A DNA stretch of 59,400 nt from Verrucomicrobiota bacterium (GCA_046731855.1 JBKPLX010000168.1:1-59400); one strand, 5' to 3'. Shown: positions 44,779-54,870, numbered from the stretch's first letter. A program made the numbers and translations. Notes: generated from the sequence alone by a model not told the origin.

Positions 44779-45621
44779 CTATTCTGGCCTTTTTAGCAAC
44801 CGCTCGCGTTCGCGATCCAGTTGCCGACGCTCGCTTGCCGTTAAACTTCCGATTCCGAATTTGGAAATCTTGTCGAGTATCGGATCGATCGAGGTGTAAA
44901 CATCATCCGTTTCCGCTGAACGGCTCGAATGCATCTTGGGGACAACATGGAATTTCGGCCTGGGAGCGAAGCGCGCTTTTAATGCGTCCCACCAGGGAAG
45001 TTCCGGGCCGGCGCCATGCATTTCAATGAAAAGGAACGCCGCGCCGATGCTTGTCCAAACGACCATCAGGTCGCTCCAGGCGTGATACGCGAGCAGTTGA
45101 AAGGTATAAACGGCGGCAAGAATCAGTACAATCCATTTGGTCATGATCCGCAGAAACAACTCAGCCCGCGGATAGATGGTGGCGAAAGCGACAAAAATTC
45201 CAAAATGCAATGCGGGCGAACCGGCGAGAGCTGAACGCTGCCAAAGACCCCAAACCGTTAGCAATGCCGCGGGCGTAACCAGCAAAATTAGATAGAGTCC
45301 AATATAGGCACGCCGCCCAATGAAGCGTTCGACTTCGCGGCCGAATACGAACAGCATGTACATCTCGATCGCAAACCAGAGCAGCCCTGACGGCGCATGC
45401 ACGAATGCATACGTGAAAAGGCGCCACACCTGGCCAGACCAGACTGCCGCACTATCGAATTGCAAATACGCCAAAATCGAGCCCGTCCCGATCGCGACGA
45501 GAATAGCCGCGAGAATTGCGGCCGCGACGTGCAGCCCAACCAGCATTGTGGTCATATCGACGGGATAGCGGCCCATCCACGCAACCGGCCGATAATCATC
45601 GGAGGTGGTGACCCCGAACAT
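44779..45621 (-). CDS. Rhomboid-family intramembrane protease-like protein
   Basis: 280-aa polytopic ORF. VWRLFTYAFVHAPSGLLWFAIEMYMLFVFGREVERFIG matches the rhomboid WR..T..F.H motif. AGSPALHFGIF sits at the GxSG position. The C-terminal tail is ILDKISKFGIGSLTASERRQL. Confidence 0.6.
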   Translation of the reverse strand: MFGVTTSDDYRPVAWMGRYPVDMTTMLVGLHVAAAILAAILVAIGTGSILAYLQFDSAAVWSGQVWRLFTYAFVHAPSGLLWFAIEMYMLFVFGREVERFIGRRAYIGLYLILLVTPAALLTVWGLWQRSALAGSPALHFGIFVAFATIYPRAELFLRIMTKWIVLILAAVYTFQLLAYHAWSDLMVVWTSIGAAFLFIEMHGAGPELPWWDALKARFAPRPKFHVVPKMHSSRSAETDDVYTSIDPILDKISKFGIGSLTASERRQLDRERERLLKRPE

Positions 45622-45734
45622 ACTTTCAATTAATGCCGCGCACTGTTCTTACGCAAGCGTGAAACAACTTAACCGTTCAACGATTCAACGTGGCGAAGCC
45701 GCTTATTCGTGCTTAAGATGGACACCTTCGTTTC

Positions 45735-47546
45735 ATGAAAAATATCGCACCTGCCATATTCCCGCCGAATGGAATCGGCGATACAAAGCCGACGAACCAG
45801 GCCGTGCTCGATTGGGTACACGAAATCGGTAAATTGACGAAGCCGGAAAACATTTTCTGGTGTGACGGTTCCGAGCGCGAGAATGAATTTCTGATCGCCG
45901 AATCGTTAAAGCAGGACGTGCTGATCAAGCTGAACGAGAAAAAAGTTCCGCGTTCCTATTTGCACCGATCGAACCCAAACGACGTCGCGCGGGTCGAGAA
46001 GGTCACGTTCATTTGCACGCCAACCAAAGAAGAAGCCGGGCCAACAAACAATTGGTCGGAACCCGCGGAGACGTATTCGAAGCTGTATGGACTACTGGAT
46101 GGCGCGATGCGCGGGCGCACCATGTTCGTTGTGCCTTATATCATGGGGCCGCCCGATTCGCCTCTGACAAAAGTTGGGTTCGAAATCACCGATTCAAAAT
46201 ATGTCGTGCTCAGCATGCGAATCATGACGCGCATGGGCAAAATCGCGCTGAACAGACTTGGCAACGATCCGAAGGCGGAATGGAACCGCGGCGTGCATTC
46301 GTTGTTAGATGTCAATCCTGATCGGCGGTTCATCTGTCATTTCCCCCAGGACAATACGATCATTTCGGTCGGCTCCGGTTACGGAGGCAACGTTTTGCTA
46401 AGCAAAAAATGTCTCGCGCTGCGAATCGGGTCGTATCTGGCCCGTAAGCAGGGCTGGATGGCGGAGCACATGCTGATCCTCGGCGTCGAATCGCCCGAAG
46501 GAAAGAAACATTACGTGGCTGCGGCGTTCCCCAGCGCGTGCGGAAAGACTAATTTTGCGATGTTGATTCCGCCTGCGCATTTTAAAGGTTGGAAAGTGAC
46601 GACTGTCGGCGACGACATCGCGTGGATGGAAATTCGCGATGGGCGTTTGTTCGCTGTGAACCCCGAGAACGGATATTTCGGCGTGGTTCCCGGCACGAGT
46701 TACAAATCGAATCCGAACGCGATGAAATCGATCGAGCACGATACGCTTTATACCAACGTCGCGCTCACTGATGACGGCGATGTTTGGTGGGAAGGAAAAG
46801 ACGGTCCGCCTCCGAAGCATGCCATTGACTGGCGCGGGAACGATTGGACGCCGGACTCAAAAGAGAAAGCCGCGCATCCCAACAGCCGGTTCGCGACGCC
46901 GATGCGGAATAATCCCGCTCTCGATCCCAATGTGGAAAAAGGCGAAGGCGTTCCGATCAGCGCCATCATTTTCGGCGGCCGCCGCAGTGACACTGTGCCG
47001 CTGGTTTATGAGGCATTCGATTGGACTCACGGTGTTTATCTCGGGGCCACAATGGCGTCCGAGACAACAGCAGCCGCGACTGGCGCTGTCGGACAAATTC
47101 GCCGGGATCCGATGGCGATGCTGCCCTTCTGCGGATACAACATCGGCGATTATTTCCGGCATTGGATCGGCATCGGGAAACGTCTTACCAATCCGCCGCT
47201 CATCTTCAACGTGAATTGGTTTCGCAAAGGCGCGAATGGAAAATTCCTCTGGCCGGGCTTCGGCGAGAACATGCGCGTTCTCAAATGGATGATCGATCGT
47301 TGCGAACAAAATGGCGGGGCGGTCAAATCACCTGTCGGCTGGTTGCCTAGTCCGCATGATCTCGATCTTGATGGTCTTAATATCGATCACACATCCGTGG
47401 CCGATCTTCTCGGAATCGATCACGAGGAATGGCAAAAAGAACTCACTGCGCACAAGACTTTTTTCGACTCCCTCGGTGGCGTGGTTCCGGCGCAATTGCA
47501 GAAGGAACGCGAGGCGCTGGCCGTGCGTTTCGCTGAATACTCGTAG
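45735..47546 (+). CDS. pckG: Phosphoenolpyruvate carboxykinase (GTP)
   Basis: 603-aa ORF with family motifs FPSACGKTN, WMAEHMLILG, GDDIAWM, NSRF and FNVNWFR. Confidence 0.95.
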   Translation: MKNIAPAIFPPNGIGDTKPTNQAVLDWVHEIGKLTKPENIFWCDGSERENEFLIAESLKQDVLIKLNEKKVPRSYLHRSNPNDVARVEKVTFICTPTKEEAGPTNNWSEPAETYSKLYGLLDGAMRGRTMFVVPYIMGPPDSPLTKVGFEITDSKYVVLSMRIMTRMGKIALNRLGNDPKAEWNRGVHSLLDVNPDRRFICHFPQDNTIISVGSGYGGNVLLSKKCLALRIGSYLARKQGWMAEHMLILGVESPEGKKHYVAAAFPSACGKTNFAMLIPPAHFKGWKVTTVGDDIAWMEIRDGRLFAVNPENGYFGVVPGTSYKSNPNAMKSIEHDTLYTNVALTDDGDVWWEGKDGPPPKHAIDWRGNDWTPDSKEKAAHPNSRFATPMRNNPALDPNVEKGEGVPISAIIFGGRRSDTVPLVYEAFDWTHGVYLGATMASETTAAATGAVGQIRRDPMAMLPFCGYNIGDYFRHWIGIGKRLTNPPLIFNVNWFRKGANGKFLWPGFGENMRVLKWMIDRCEQNGGAVKSPVGWLPSPHDLDLDGLNIDHTSVADLLGIDHEEWQKELTAHKTFFDSLGGVVPAQLQKEREALAVRFAEYS

Positions 47547-47588
47547 GCGCCGGGGGGTCTCGAGCGGAGTCAGGAACCCTGTGACTGG

Positions 47589-50500
47589 GTGATTGATCAC
47601 ATTCGCTATCCAGTCTGTCGCAACTTCGTACGAGCTCCTCACTTCGTTCGGATGAGGCGCATCTGTGCTGGAGAAATTTGCGAACCGCTTGACTGGCAGC
47701 GAATATTTCCAGTGGGTTCGAAGGTTGCGAGCACAGAACATCTCCGAGCGGCAATCGCCAAGGATCACATTGAGATTCGTGGGGCGCGCCAGAACAATCT
47801 CAAAGGGATCGATGTTGATCTTCCGCTGGGGAAATTGACGGTCGTCACGGGCCCCAGCGGCAGCGGCAAATCCAGTCTGGCATTCGAGACTATTTACGCC
47901 GAAGGCCAGCGACGTTACGTCGAAACGTTCAGCCCATACATGCGGCAATTTCTCGACCGCATGGACAAGCCGCGCGTGGACGACATCCGCGGTATCCCTC
48001 CTGCGATTGCCATCGAGCAAGCGAATCCAGTCAAAAGCTCGCGTTCGACTATCGGCACCATGACTGAAATCAACGATTATCTGAAACTGCTCTGGCCACG
48101 TGTCGCCCGTGCGTTTTGCCCGAATTGCAACCGCGACATTCGCCCTGAAACCGCGCAGTCAATCAGTCATCAAGTGTTACGCGACTATGTCGGGAAAAAT
48201 GTTCTGGTCACTTTCTGGGTCGCCGTTCCACTGAAAACCGAGCCGCGCAAGTTTTTCGAGTTTCTTCAGCAACAAGGGTATCTCCGCGTATGGATCGACA
48301 ACCAAATTGTACGCGTCGACGCCGATCCAAAATTGAAGCGACTTGGCGCGCGTGTGCAGGTTATTCAGGATCGCATCACGATCTCGGAGGAAAACCGTGC
48401 GCGCCTGGTCGAAGCTATCGAAACGGCCCTGCGATTCGGGAAAGGCAAGATTAACCTTATTTCGCTTTCTGTGGAGGCAGGCGTATCGCCTGCGAGCTCA
48501 AAGAATGCGGCCGGCACGGCCGCCACTACAGTGTCCGCAATGCCATTCTCCACGGGTTGGCATTGCGCGCACTGCGATCTCGACATTCGACCGCCAACAC
48601 CCGGGCTGTTCAGTTTCAATAATCCACTCGGCGCGTGTCCGGAATGTCGAGGGTTTGGTCGTACCATCGCAATCGATCTAAACAAGGCAATTCCAAATCG
48701 CACCCTGAGCATCAAACAAGGCGTGGTGCGCGTTTTTCGCGGCGCCGAATTCGGCGAATCGCAGAAAGACTTGCTTCGAGCCTGCGCCCGCAAAGAGATC
48801 GATATCAATGTTCCCTTCGAAGAATTACCGAAGGCAGACCAGGACTTCGTCATCGAAGGGGAGAAAAGGTCAGGCGACTATACAGACGAGGATTACGAAC
48901 ACCATCGGTGGTATGGCGTCCGTGGATTCTTCCGCTGGCTCGAGAGCAAGACGTACAAGATGCATGTGCGCGTTTTGCTCAGTCGCTATCGCGCTTACAT
49001 CACCTGTCCGAGTTGCAACGGGGGACGATATCAGCCCGAAGCGCTCAATTACAAAACTGTAGCGGCGGTCCATGACCGCCGGGACGGCGCTAGTAAGGCG
49101 TTGTTACAGTTAACGCTTCCGGAATTTCAAGCCCTTTCGGTTTCCGACGCGCACGATTTTCTCCGCACGATCGAGATTCCAGCGAACGATTCGACTGCGC
49201 GAATGTTGGTCGACGAAATCTGTGCGCGTCTCAATTACCTGTGCGAAGTAGGCGTTGGCTATCTCACGCTCGACCGATCTACGCGCACTTTGAGCGGCGG
49301 TGAAGTGCAACGGGTGAACCTAACAACATGTCTCGGTGCGTCGCTCGTCAACACACTCTTCGTCATGGATGAACCGAGCATCGGTTTGCATCCACGCGAC
49401 GTTGGCCGGCTGGTGCGCGTGATGCATAACTTGCGTGACAGAGGCAATACGCTGCTCGTGGTCGAGCACGAGGAACAAATCATTTATGCCGCTGATAATT
49501 TGATTGATATCGGCCCGGGTCGCGGCGAACACGGCGGCGAGTTGGTTTGGAATGGAACGCTAGACCAATTTGTAAATGGAGACGGCATGGCCTCGCAGCG
49601 GACGATGGTTAAAACCCAGCGCGATGGCGCGCCGGCTTCATCTCTTACGCGCGATTATCTCACCCGCGAAAAATCAATTCCGGTTCCGTCATCACGCAGA
49701 AAATCGAGCTCGTTCATCAAGATCATCGGTGCGCGGCAGCACAACCTAAAGAACATCGACGTCGACTTGCCGCTGGGCGTTTTCACATGCGTCACCGGTG
49801 TTTCTGGTTCTGGAAAATCCACGCTGATTCACGACGTGCTCTACCGGAATCTGCTCGTTGCGAAAGGGCTGTCGTCCGATCAGGAGGCGGGCACATGCAA
49901 ATCGATCGGGGGCGCGCATCGCATCTGTGACGTAATCATGGTCGATCAGGCGCCGCTTGCGCGCACGCCCCGGTCGACGCCGTTGCTTTATTTGGGACTT
50001 TACGACCGTGTTCGCGAATTGTTTGCCGCTCAACCGGAAGCAATGTCGCAGGGACTCACGGCGGGTACGTTCTCGTTTAATTCCGGCAGCGGTCGCTGCG
50101 AACGTTGCTCCGGCACAGGATACGAGAAAATTGAGATGCAATTTTTGAGTGACCTGTTCGTGCGCTGCGCAGAATGCGAAGGCAAACGGTTTCAACCGCA
50201 CGTTCTGAAAGTTCAACTACACGGAAAGTCAATCCACGATCTGCTCAAGCTCACCGTAAGCGAAGCGATCGGATTTTTCGCGCAAATTGGCGAGAACAAA
50301 ACCTTGTCTGAACCGCTCCGTGTGCTTGAGGAAGTGGGGCTTGGTTATCTGCGGCTAGGGCAGCCATTGAACACCCTGTCGGGTGGTGAATCGCAGCGAC
50401 TGAAGCTTGTTAGGCATTTGGCGGAGACAGAAAACGTGAAACGCTCAACCCCCAACAAGCAACTTCTAAATGGAAGGGGAATCGGTAATTTGTTTATCTT

Positions 50501-53500
50501 CGACGAGCCGACCACGGGACTTCACTTCGATGACGTGGCGATGCTGCTACGATTATTTCAGCGGCTGGTCGATCGCGGTCATTCCATCGTGGTGATCGAG
50601 CATAATCTTGAAGTGATCAAGTGTGCCGATTGGGTTGTCGATCTTGGCCCAGAGGCAGGAGACGCAGGCGGCGAGGTAGTCGCGGTCGGACTTCCGGAGC
50701 AAATCGCAAAGATCAGCAATTCATATACAGGCCAATTCTTGCGAAATGTGCTCACAAAATCTCAAAAAGGACGGCATGTCATCCCGAGCCGCGAAGATGG
50801 CGAGGGACCTCCCAAGGCACCGTGCGAGTCGGAGCGGTCCTTCGCTTACGTTCAGGATGACAATATCGAAATAGCCAGAGCTGCTGAGGAGACTCCGCGT
50901 TTCCGCGCAAACGGACCGAACGGCGCGATCCAAGTCCACGGGGCACGCGAGCACAACCTGAAGAACATCGACGTCAAAATCCCGAGAGAGCAAATGGTGG
51001 TCATTACCGGCCTGAGCGGTTCCGGCAAATCCACGCTCGCATTTGATATTCTCTTCGCCGAGGGACAACGGCGTTTTCTCGACAGCATGTCGCCGTATGC
51101 GCGGCAGTTCGTCGAGCAGCTTGAAAAGCCGGATGTCGATTTGGTAAGTGGGTTGCCTCCCAGTGTGGCGATTGAGCAACGAGTCACACGAGGCGGAGGC
51201 AAATCGACTGTCGCCACAGTGACGGAGGTGTACCACTTTCTCCGTCTGCTTTTCGCAAAAACCGGAACGCAATTTTGCCCGGACTGCGATTTGCCCGTAG
51301 AAAAACAAAGTCTCGCGGCCATTACCAAACAAATTGAATCAACTGCGAAACGCGGACCGGTGAGAGTGCTAGCGCCACTGGTCAAGGCCCGAAAAGGTTT
51401 TCACACCGAAGTCGCGCGCTGGGCGGAACGCCACGGCTTCGACACAGTGTATGTGGACGGAAAACTGGTTCCTATCTCGCATTTTCGAAAATTGGAGCGG
51501 TTCAAAGAGCATACGATCGATGTAGTCATTGGTCTCATCGATCGGAAGCGAATTGCGGAGACGCGCGACGTCGTTCGTCGGGCACTGGAGATCGGCCACG
51601 GCACAGGGCGCCTGCTTGACTCGAAAAACAAGCTAACAGTCGTGAGTACCGAAATGAGCTGCCCAAACTGTGGCCGCGCATTCGAGGAGCTCGATCCGCG
51701 TTTATTTTCGTTTAATTCACCTCACGGCGCGTGCGAGGAATGCGGTGGATTCGGTGAAATTTGGGACCAGGACCTGCAAACTGCTGCCAGCCCGAACGGT
51801 GAATCGGTTCTGGAAACTGAACTCGCCGCCGAACGCGAGTCCGAATGGATCGAGGAAGGCGAAGCGCGCGAATGCCCGAGCTGTCACGGCTCGCGGTTGA
51901 ACGGCGTGGCGCGTCACGTTCGTGTCCAGGGTTACACCATCGACCGGTTCACAAATCTTTCGGCCAGCGAAGCAGCACGCAAAGTCAAGAGATTGAAGTT
52001 CCGAGGAACGCATCAAACGATCGCTGCCGGTCTCGTTCCTGAAATTCAGCAGCGATTGCGTTTCATGGAAAAAGTTGGCCTCGGTTACCTCGCGCTGGGG
52101 CGATCGGCGAAGACGTTAAGCGGCGGAGAATCTCAGCGAATCCGGTTGGCTGCACAGCTGGGCTCAAATCTGCGCGGCGTCCTTTACGTGCTGGATGAGC
52201 CGACGATCGGTCTTCATCCTCGCGATAATCTGCGATTGCTCGACACGCTCACCGCGCTGCGGAACAAGGGAAACTCACTGATTATTGTCGAGCATGACGA
52301 GGAAACGATGCGGCGTGCCGACCACATTGTCGATCTTGGCCCGCGCGCTGGAATTCATGGAGGACAAGTCGTGGCGACCGGCAAGCTGCTCGACGTGGAA
52401 AAAAATCCAGATTCCGAAACAGCGCGCTGCCTGAAAATACCGCTTCTGCATCCTACCCGCGGATCGCGTCGGTCCCTACGCGACGTTGAAGATTGGATCG
52501 ACGTTCGCGATGCGAGAGCGAATAATTTGAAAGATATCGATGTTCGTTTCCCGCTCGGCAGGCTCTCGGTGATCACCGGCATTTCCGGGAGCGGCAAATC
52601 GACATTGATGCACGAGATCATTTGGCCTGCGGTGCGCGAGCAGCTGAAGGAAAAAAAACGCGCAGGAAATGGCGATCTGTTCAAACTGGTTAGTGGTGCG
52701 CAAGAAATTGAAGCCGTCTACGAAGTCGATCAGTCGCCGATCGGTAAAACATCGCGCTCGACGCCGGGCACCTATGTCAAAGTGTTCGACGAGATTAGGA
52801 ACCTTTACGCGCAGTTACCCGTTGCGCGCGTGCGCGGATATTCTGCCAGCCGGTTCTCGTTCAACGCCGAAGGCGGTCGTTGCGAGACTTGCAAGGGTCA
52901 GGGCGTAATCAAACTGGAGATGAATTTTCTGCCGCGTAGCTACGTGCCGTGCGAAGATTGCGGCGGCAAGCGTTACAACCCGCAAACGCTCGAGGTACTC
53001 TACAACGACAAATCGATCGGTGATGTGATGGAAATGACGATCGAGGAAGCAGCCGAATTCTTTTCGGCGCATCCGAAAATTGTGCGTCCGCTCTCTTTGC
53101 TGGTCGATACGGGGCTGGGCTATCTCAAGTTGGGACAACCGAGTCCGACACTGAGCGGTGGCGAAGCCCAGCGGTTAAAGCTGGTGACGCAACTCAAGCG
53201 TGGAGTCAGCCGCGCGGCGGATGCCCAGATTCGCAAAATGCGCAAATCAGCCTCAACTTTGTATTTGCTTGAGGAACCCACCATTGGACTGCATATGGCA
53301 GACATTGAACTGCTCCTCAACGTTCTGCATCGCCTCGTCGACGAAGGAAATACGGTGATTGTCATCGAACACAATCTCAGCGTGATTGCAGAGGCCGATT
53401 ACATTGTTGATCTTGGCCCAGAGGCCGGCGCGGATGGAGGCAAAGTAGTCGCTTGCGGAACGCCGGAACAAGTTGCGGAGAATCGCGTGAGTCGCACGGC

Positions 53501-53558
53501 GCCATTTTTGCGAAAAGTGCTGAATTCGTCGTACGCGAAAACAGCGTTGTCATCCTGA
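47589..53558 (+). CDS. uvrA: Tandem-fused double UvrA-like ABC ATPase (two complete UvrA units, four NBDs)
   Basis: 1989-aa ORF. Unit 1 starts at IEIRGARQNNLKGIDVDLP...GPSGSGKSSLAFETIYAEGQRRY. Unit 2 starts at IQVHGAREHNLKNIDVKIP...GLSGSGKSTLAFDILFAEGQRRF. Each unit has Zn modules (C..C pairs), two Walker A motifs, LSGGE signatures and a ...FLR.VL C-terminus. The start is uncertain (GTG 47589, ATG 47652, or a later GTG). Confidence 0.9.
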   Translation: MIDHIRYPVCRNFVRAPHFVRMRRICAGEICEPLDWQRIFPVGSKVASTEHLRAAIAKDHIEIRGARQNNLKGIDVDLPLGKLTVVTGPSGSGKSSLAFETIYAEGQRRYVETFSPYMRQFLDRMDKPRVDDIRGIPPAIAIEQANPVKSSRSTIGTMTEINDYLKLLWPRVARAFCPNCNRDIRPETAQSISHQVLRDYVGKNVLVTFWVAVPLKTEPRKFFEFLQQQGYLRVWIDNQIVRVDADPKLKRLGARVQVIQDRITISEENRARLVEAIETALRFGKGKINLISLSVEAGVSPASSKNAAGTAATTVSAMPFSTGWHCAHCDLDIRPPTPGLFSFNNPLGACPECRGFGRTIAIDLNKAIPNRTLSIKQGVVRVFRGAEFGESQKDLLRACARKEIDINVPFEELPKADQDFVIEGEKRSGDYTDEDYEHHRWYGVRGFFRWLESKTYKMHVRVLLSRYRAYITCPSCNGGRYQPEALNYKTVAAVHDRRDGASKALLQLTLPEFQALSVSDAHDFLRTIEIPANDSTARMLVDEICARLNYLCEVGVGYLTLDRSTRTLSGGEVQRVNLTTCLGASLVNTLFVMDEPSIGLHPRDVGRLVRVMHNLRDRGNTLLVVEHEEQIIYAADNLIDIGPGRGEHGGELVWNGTLDQFVNGDGMASQRTMVKTQRDGAPASSLTRDYLTREKSIPVPSSRRKSSSFIKIIGARQHNLKNIDVDLPLGVFTCVTGVSGSGKSTLIHDVLYRNLLVAKGLSSDQEAGTCKSIGGAHRICDVIMVDQAPLARTPRSTPLLYLGLYDRVRELFAAQPEAMSQGLTAGTFSFNSGSGRCERCSGTGYEKIEMQFLSDLFVRCAECEGKRFQPHVLKVQLHGKSIHDLLKLTVSEAIGFFAQIGENKTLSEPLRVLEEVGLGYLRLGQPLNTLSGGESQRLKLVRHLAETENVKRSTPNKQLLNGRGIGNLFIFDEPTTGLHFDDVAMLLRLFQRLVDRGHSIVVIEHNLEVIKCADWVVDLGPEAGDAGGEVVAVGLPEQIAKISNSYTGQFLRNVLTKSQKGRHVIPSREDGEGPPKAPCESERSFAYVQDDNIEIARAAEETPRFRANGPNGAIQVHGAREHNLKNIDVKIPREQMVVITGLSGSGKSTLAFDILFAEGQRRFLDSMSPYARQFVEQLEKPDVDLVSGLPPSVAIEQRVTRGGGKSTVATVTEVYHFLRLLFAKTGTQFCPDCDLPVEKQSLAAITKQIESTAKRGPVRVLAPLVKARKGFHTEVARWAERHGFDTVYVDGKLVPISHFRKLERFKEHTIDVVIGLIDRKRIAETRDVVRRALEIGHGTGRLLDSKNKLTVVSTEMSCPNCGRAFEELDPRLFSFNSPHGACEECGGFGEIWDQDLQTAASPNGESVLETELAAERESEWIEEGEARECPSCHGSRLNGVARHVRVQGYTIDRFTNLSASEAARKVKRLKFRGTHQTIAAGLVPEIQQRLRFMEKVGLGYLALGRSAKTLSGGESQRIRLAAQLGSNLRGVLYVLDEPTIGLHPRDNLRLLDTLTALRNKGNSLIIVEHDEETMRRADHIVDLGPRAGIHGGQVVATGKLLDVEKNPDSETARCLKIPLLHPTRGSRRSLRDVEDWIDVRDARANNLKDIDVRFPLGRLSVITGISGSGKSTLMHEIIWPAVREQLKEKKRAGNGDLFKLVSGAQEIEAVYEVDQSPIGKTSRSTPGTYVKVFDEIRNLYAQLPVARVRGYSASRFSFNAEGGRCETCKGQGVIKLEMNFLPRSYVPCEDCGGKRYNPQTLEVLYNDKSIGDVMEMTIEEAAEFFSAHPKIVRPLSLLVDTGLGYLKLGQPSPTLSGGEAQRLKLVTQLKRGVSRAADAQIRKMRKSASTLYLLEEPTIGLHMADIELLLNVLHRLVDEGNTVIVIEHNLSVIAEADYIVDLGPEAGADGGKVVACGTPEQVAENRVSRTAPFLRKVLNSSYAKTALSS
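50777..50862. repeat. ~85-bp palindromic (MITE/REP-like) element, copy a, inside the UvrA-UvrA linker
   Basis: TGTCATCCCGAGCCGCGAAG...GGTCCTTCGCTTACGTTCAGGATGACA has terminal inverted repeats (TGTCATCCYGARC / GYTCRGGATGACA). It is translated in frame as HVIPSREDGEGPPKAPCESERSFAYVQDD. Confidence 0.7.
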
Positions 53559-53664
53559 GCCGCGCAGAGAGCGAAGGATCTGACACGGACCGATAGATTC
53601 CTGAACGGTCGCTTGTGTGACCACTTCACGCGCACGAGGTACTTTGTGTCGTTCGAAATGACGT
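53549..53664. repeat. Palindromic element, copy b (longer and more degenerate), overlapping the uvrA stop codon
   Basis: The left arm TGTCATCCTGAGCCGCGCAGAGAGCGAAGGATCT contains the TGA stop at 53556-53558. Degenerate right-arm pieces are AGATTCCTGAACGG... and ...TCGTTCGAAATGACG. Confidence 0.6.
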
Positions 53665-53694
53665 GCGTTTTCGTTGCGGCTCTAGCTTACATCT

Positions 53695-54651
53695 GTGAAA
53701 CTCGGGCCAGTGTTTGCCTATTATCTCCACAATCTCGATCCAATTATTTTTAGGATCTCCGGCAACGTTGGCCCCCGCTGGTATGGCTTGGCTTACGTGC
53801 TTGCATTTGTTTGCAGCTATCTCCTCTTCCTTTGGCTTGCTAAACGCGGGTTTGCTGATCTACCCCCGCAACGAGTGGGCGATTTCATCACCGGCTGCGC
53901 GCTATTTGGCGTGATTATCGGCGGGCGTCTCGGCTACGTTTTCTTCTACAAACCTGAAATGCTGCGTGAGCCGTTATCGATTCTGCGCGTTTGGGAGGGC
54001 GGAATGTCCAGCCACGGCGGAATGCTCGGCCTGTTGCTGTTCACCTTGTACTACGCACACCGGCACAAAATCTCATGGACAAATCTGGGCGACAATCTAG
54101 TGGTCACAGCGCCGATCGGTTTGTTCTTTGGGCGCTGCGCCAATTTCATTAACGGCGAACTTTACGGACGGATGACGAAAGTTCCTTGGGCGATGCAATT
54201 CCCCAAGGAACTTTTCGATCACCCCCAGGAGGCCGAGCGCGCGGTGGCGGCGTGCGCGCGAATCGAGCCATCGCTCACTACACCCGACGCAATCGTTGGC
54301 GCAGTTCGCAGTCAACCACAAGTGGCCACCGCGTTGCGCCCAATTCTTTCTCCGCGCCATCCGTCGCAGCTCTACGAGGCCTTTTTCGAAGGAGTCGTTT
54401 TGTTCGCGATTTTGTGGTTCGTGCGTACTCGCAGGCGTGAGCCAAACGGCGTTTTGACCGGACTATTTTTTATCTGGTACGCGATTTTTCGGATCGGGAT
54501 CGAATATTTCCGTGAACCTGATGCGACATTGGTCGGTCCCTTCACCCGGGGCCAATTTTTCTCCTTCTTCCTCATCGTCATTGGTCTCGGTTTTGTCGCA
54601 GTGGCAAAAATGCGACCGACGTTTCCGCAAAGAATGACGAAGCACGAATGA
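53695..54651 (+). CDS. lgt: Prolipoprotein diacylglyceryl transferase
   Basis: 318-aa ORF with a GTG start. Motifs are GPRWYGLAYVLAF, RVWEGGMSSHGGMLG, FGRCANFINGELYGR, PWAMQFP and HPSQLYEAFFEG. Confidence 0.9.
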   Translation: MKLGPVFAYYLHNLDPIIFRISGNVGPRWYGLAYVLAFVCSYLLFLWLAKRGFADLPPQRVGDFITGCALFGVIIGGRLGYVFFYKPEMLREPLSILRVWEGGMSSHGGMLGLLLFTLYYAHRHKISWTNLGDNLVVTAPIGLFFGRCANFINGELYGRMTKVPWAMQFPKELFDHPQEAERAVAACARIEPSLTTPDAIVGAVRSQPQVATALRPILSPRHPSQLYEAFFEGVVLFAILWFVRTRRREPNGVLTGLFFIWYAIFRIGIEYFREPDATLVGPFTRGQFFSFFLIVIGLGFVAVAKMRPTFPQRMTKHE

Positions 54652-54737
54652 CGAATTAATGTCGAATGTTCAAATGACCAAGAAGTTCAAGGCTTCAATT
54701 CCTTCGTCATTAGACATTCGTCATTCGTCTTTGCGTT

Positions 54738-54821
54738 TGTCATGTCGAGCGAAGTCGAGACATCTCTGGAATTTGAAAGAGTGAAATTTCTCCACTCCGC
54801 TGCGCTTCGGTCGAAATGACA
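54738..54821. repeat. ~84-bp palindromic element, copy c (intergenic, lgt/exbB)
   Basis: The left arm is TGTCATGTCGAGCGAAGTCGAGACATCTC and the right arm is ...CCGCTGCGCTTCGGTCGAAATGACA. The arms are inverted complements of each other and related to copies a and b. Confidence 0.65.
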
Positions 54822-54870
54822 AGTGGCGTTTCTCCAAAACGGCGTTATTACTTAAGCCGGTGACGCGGGA

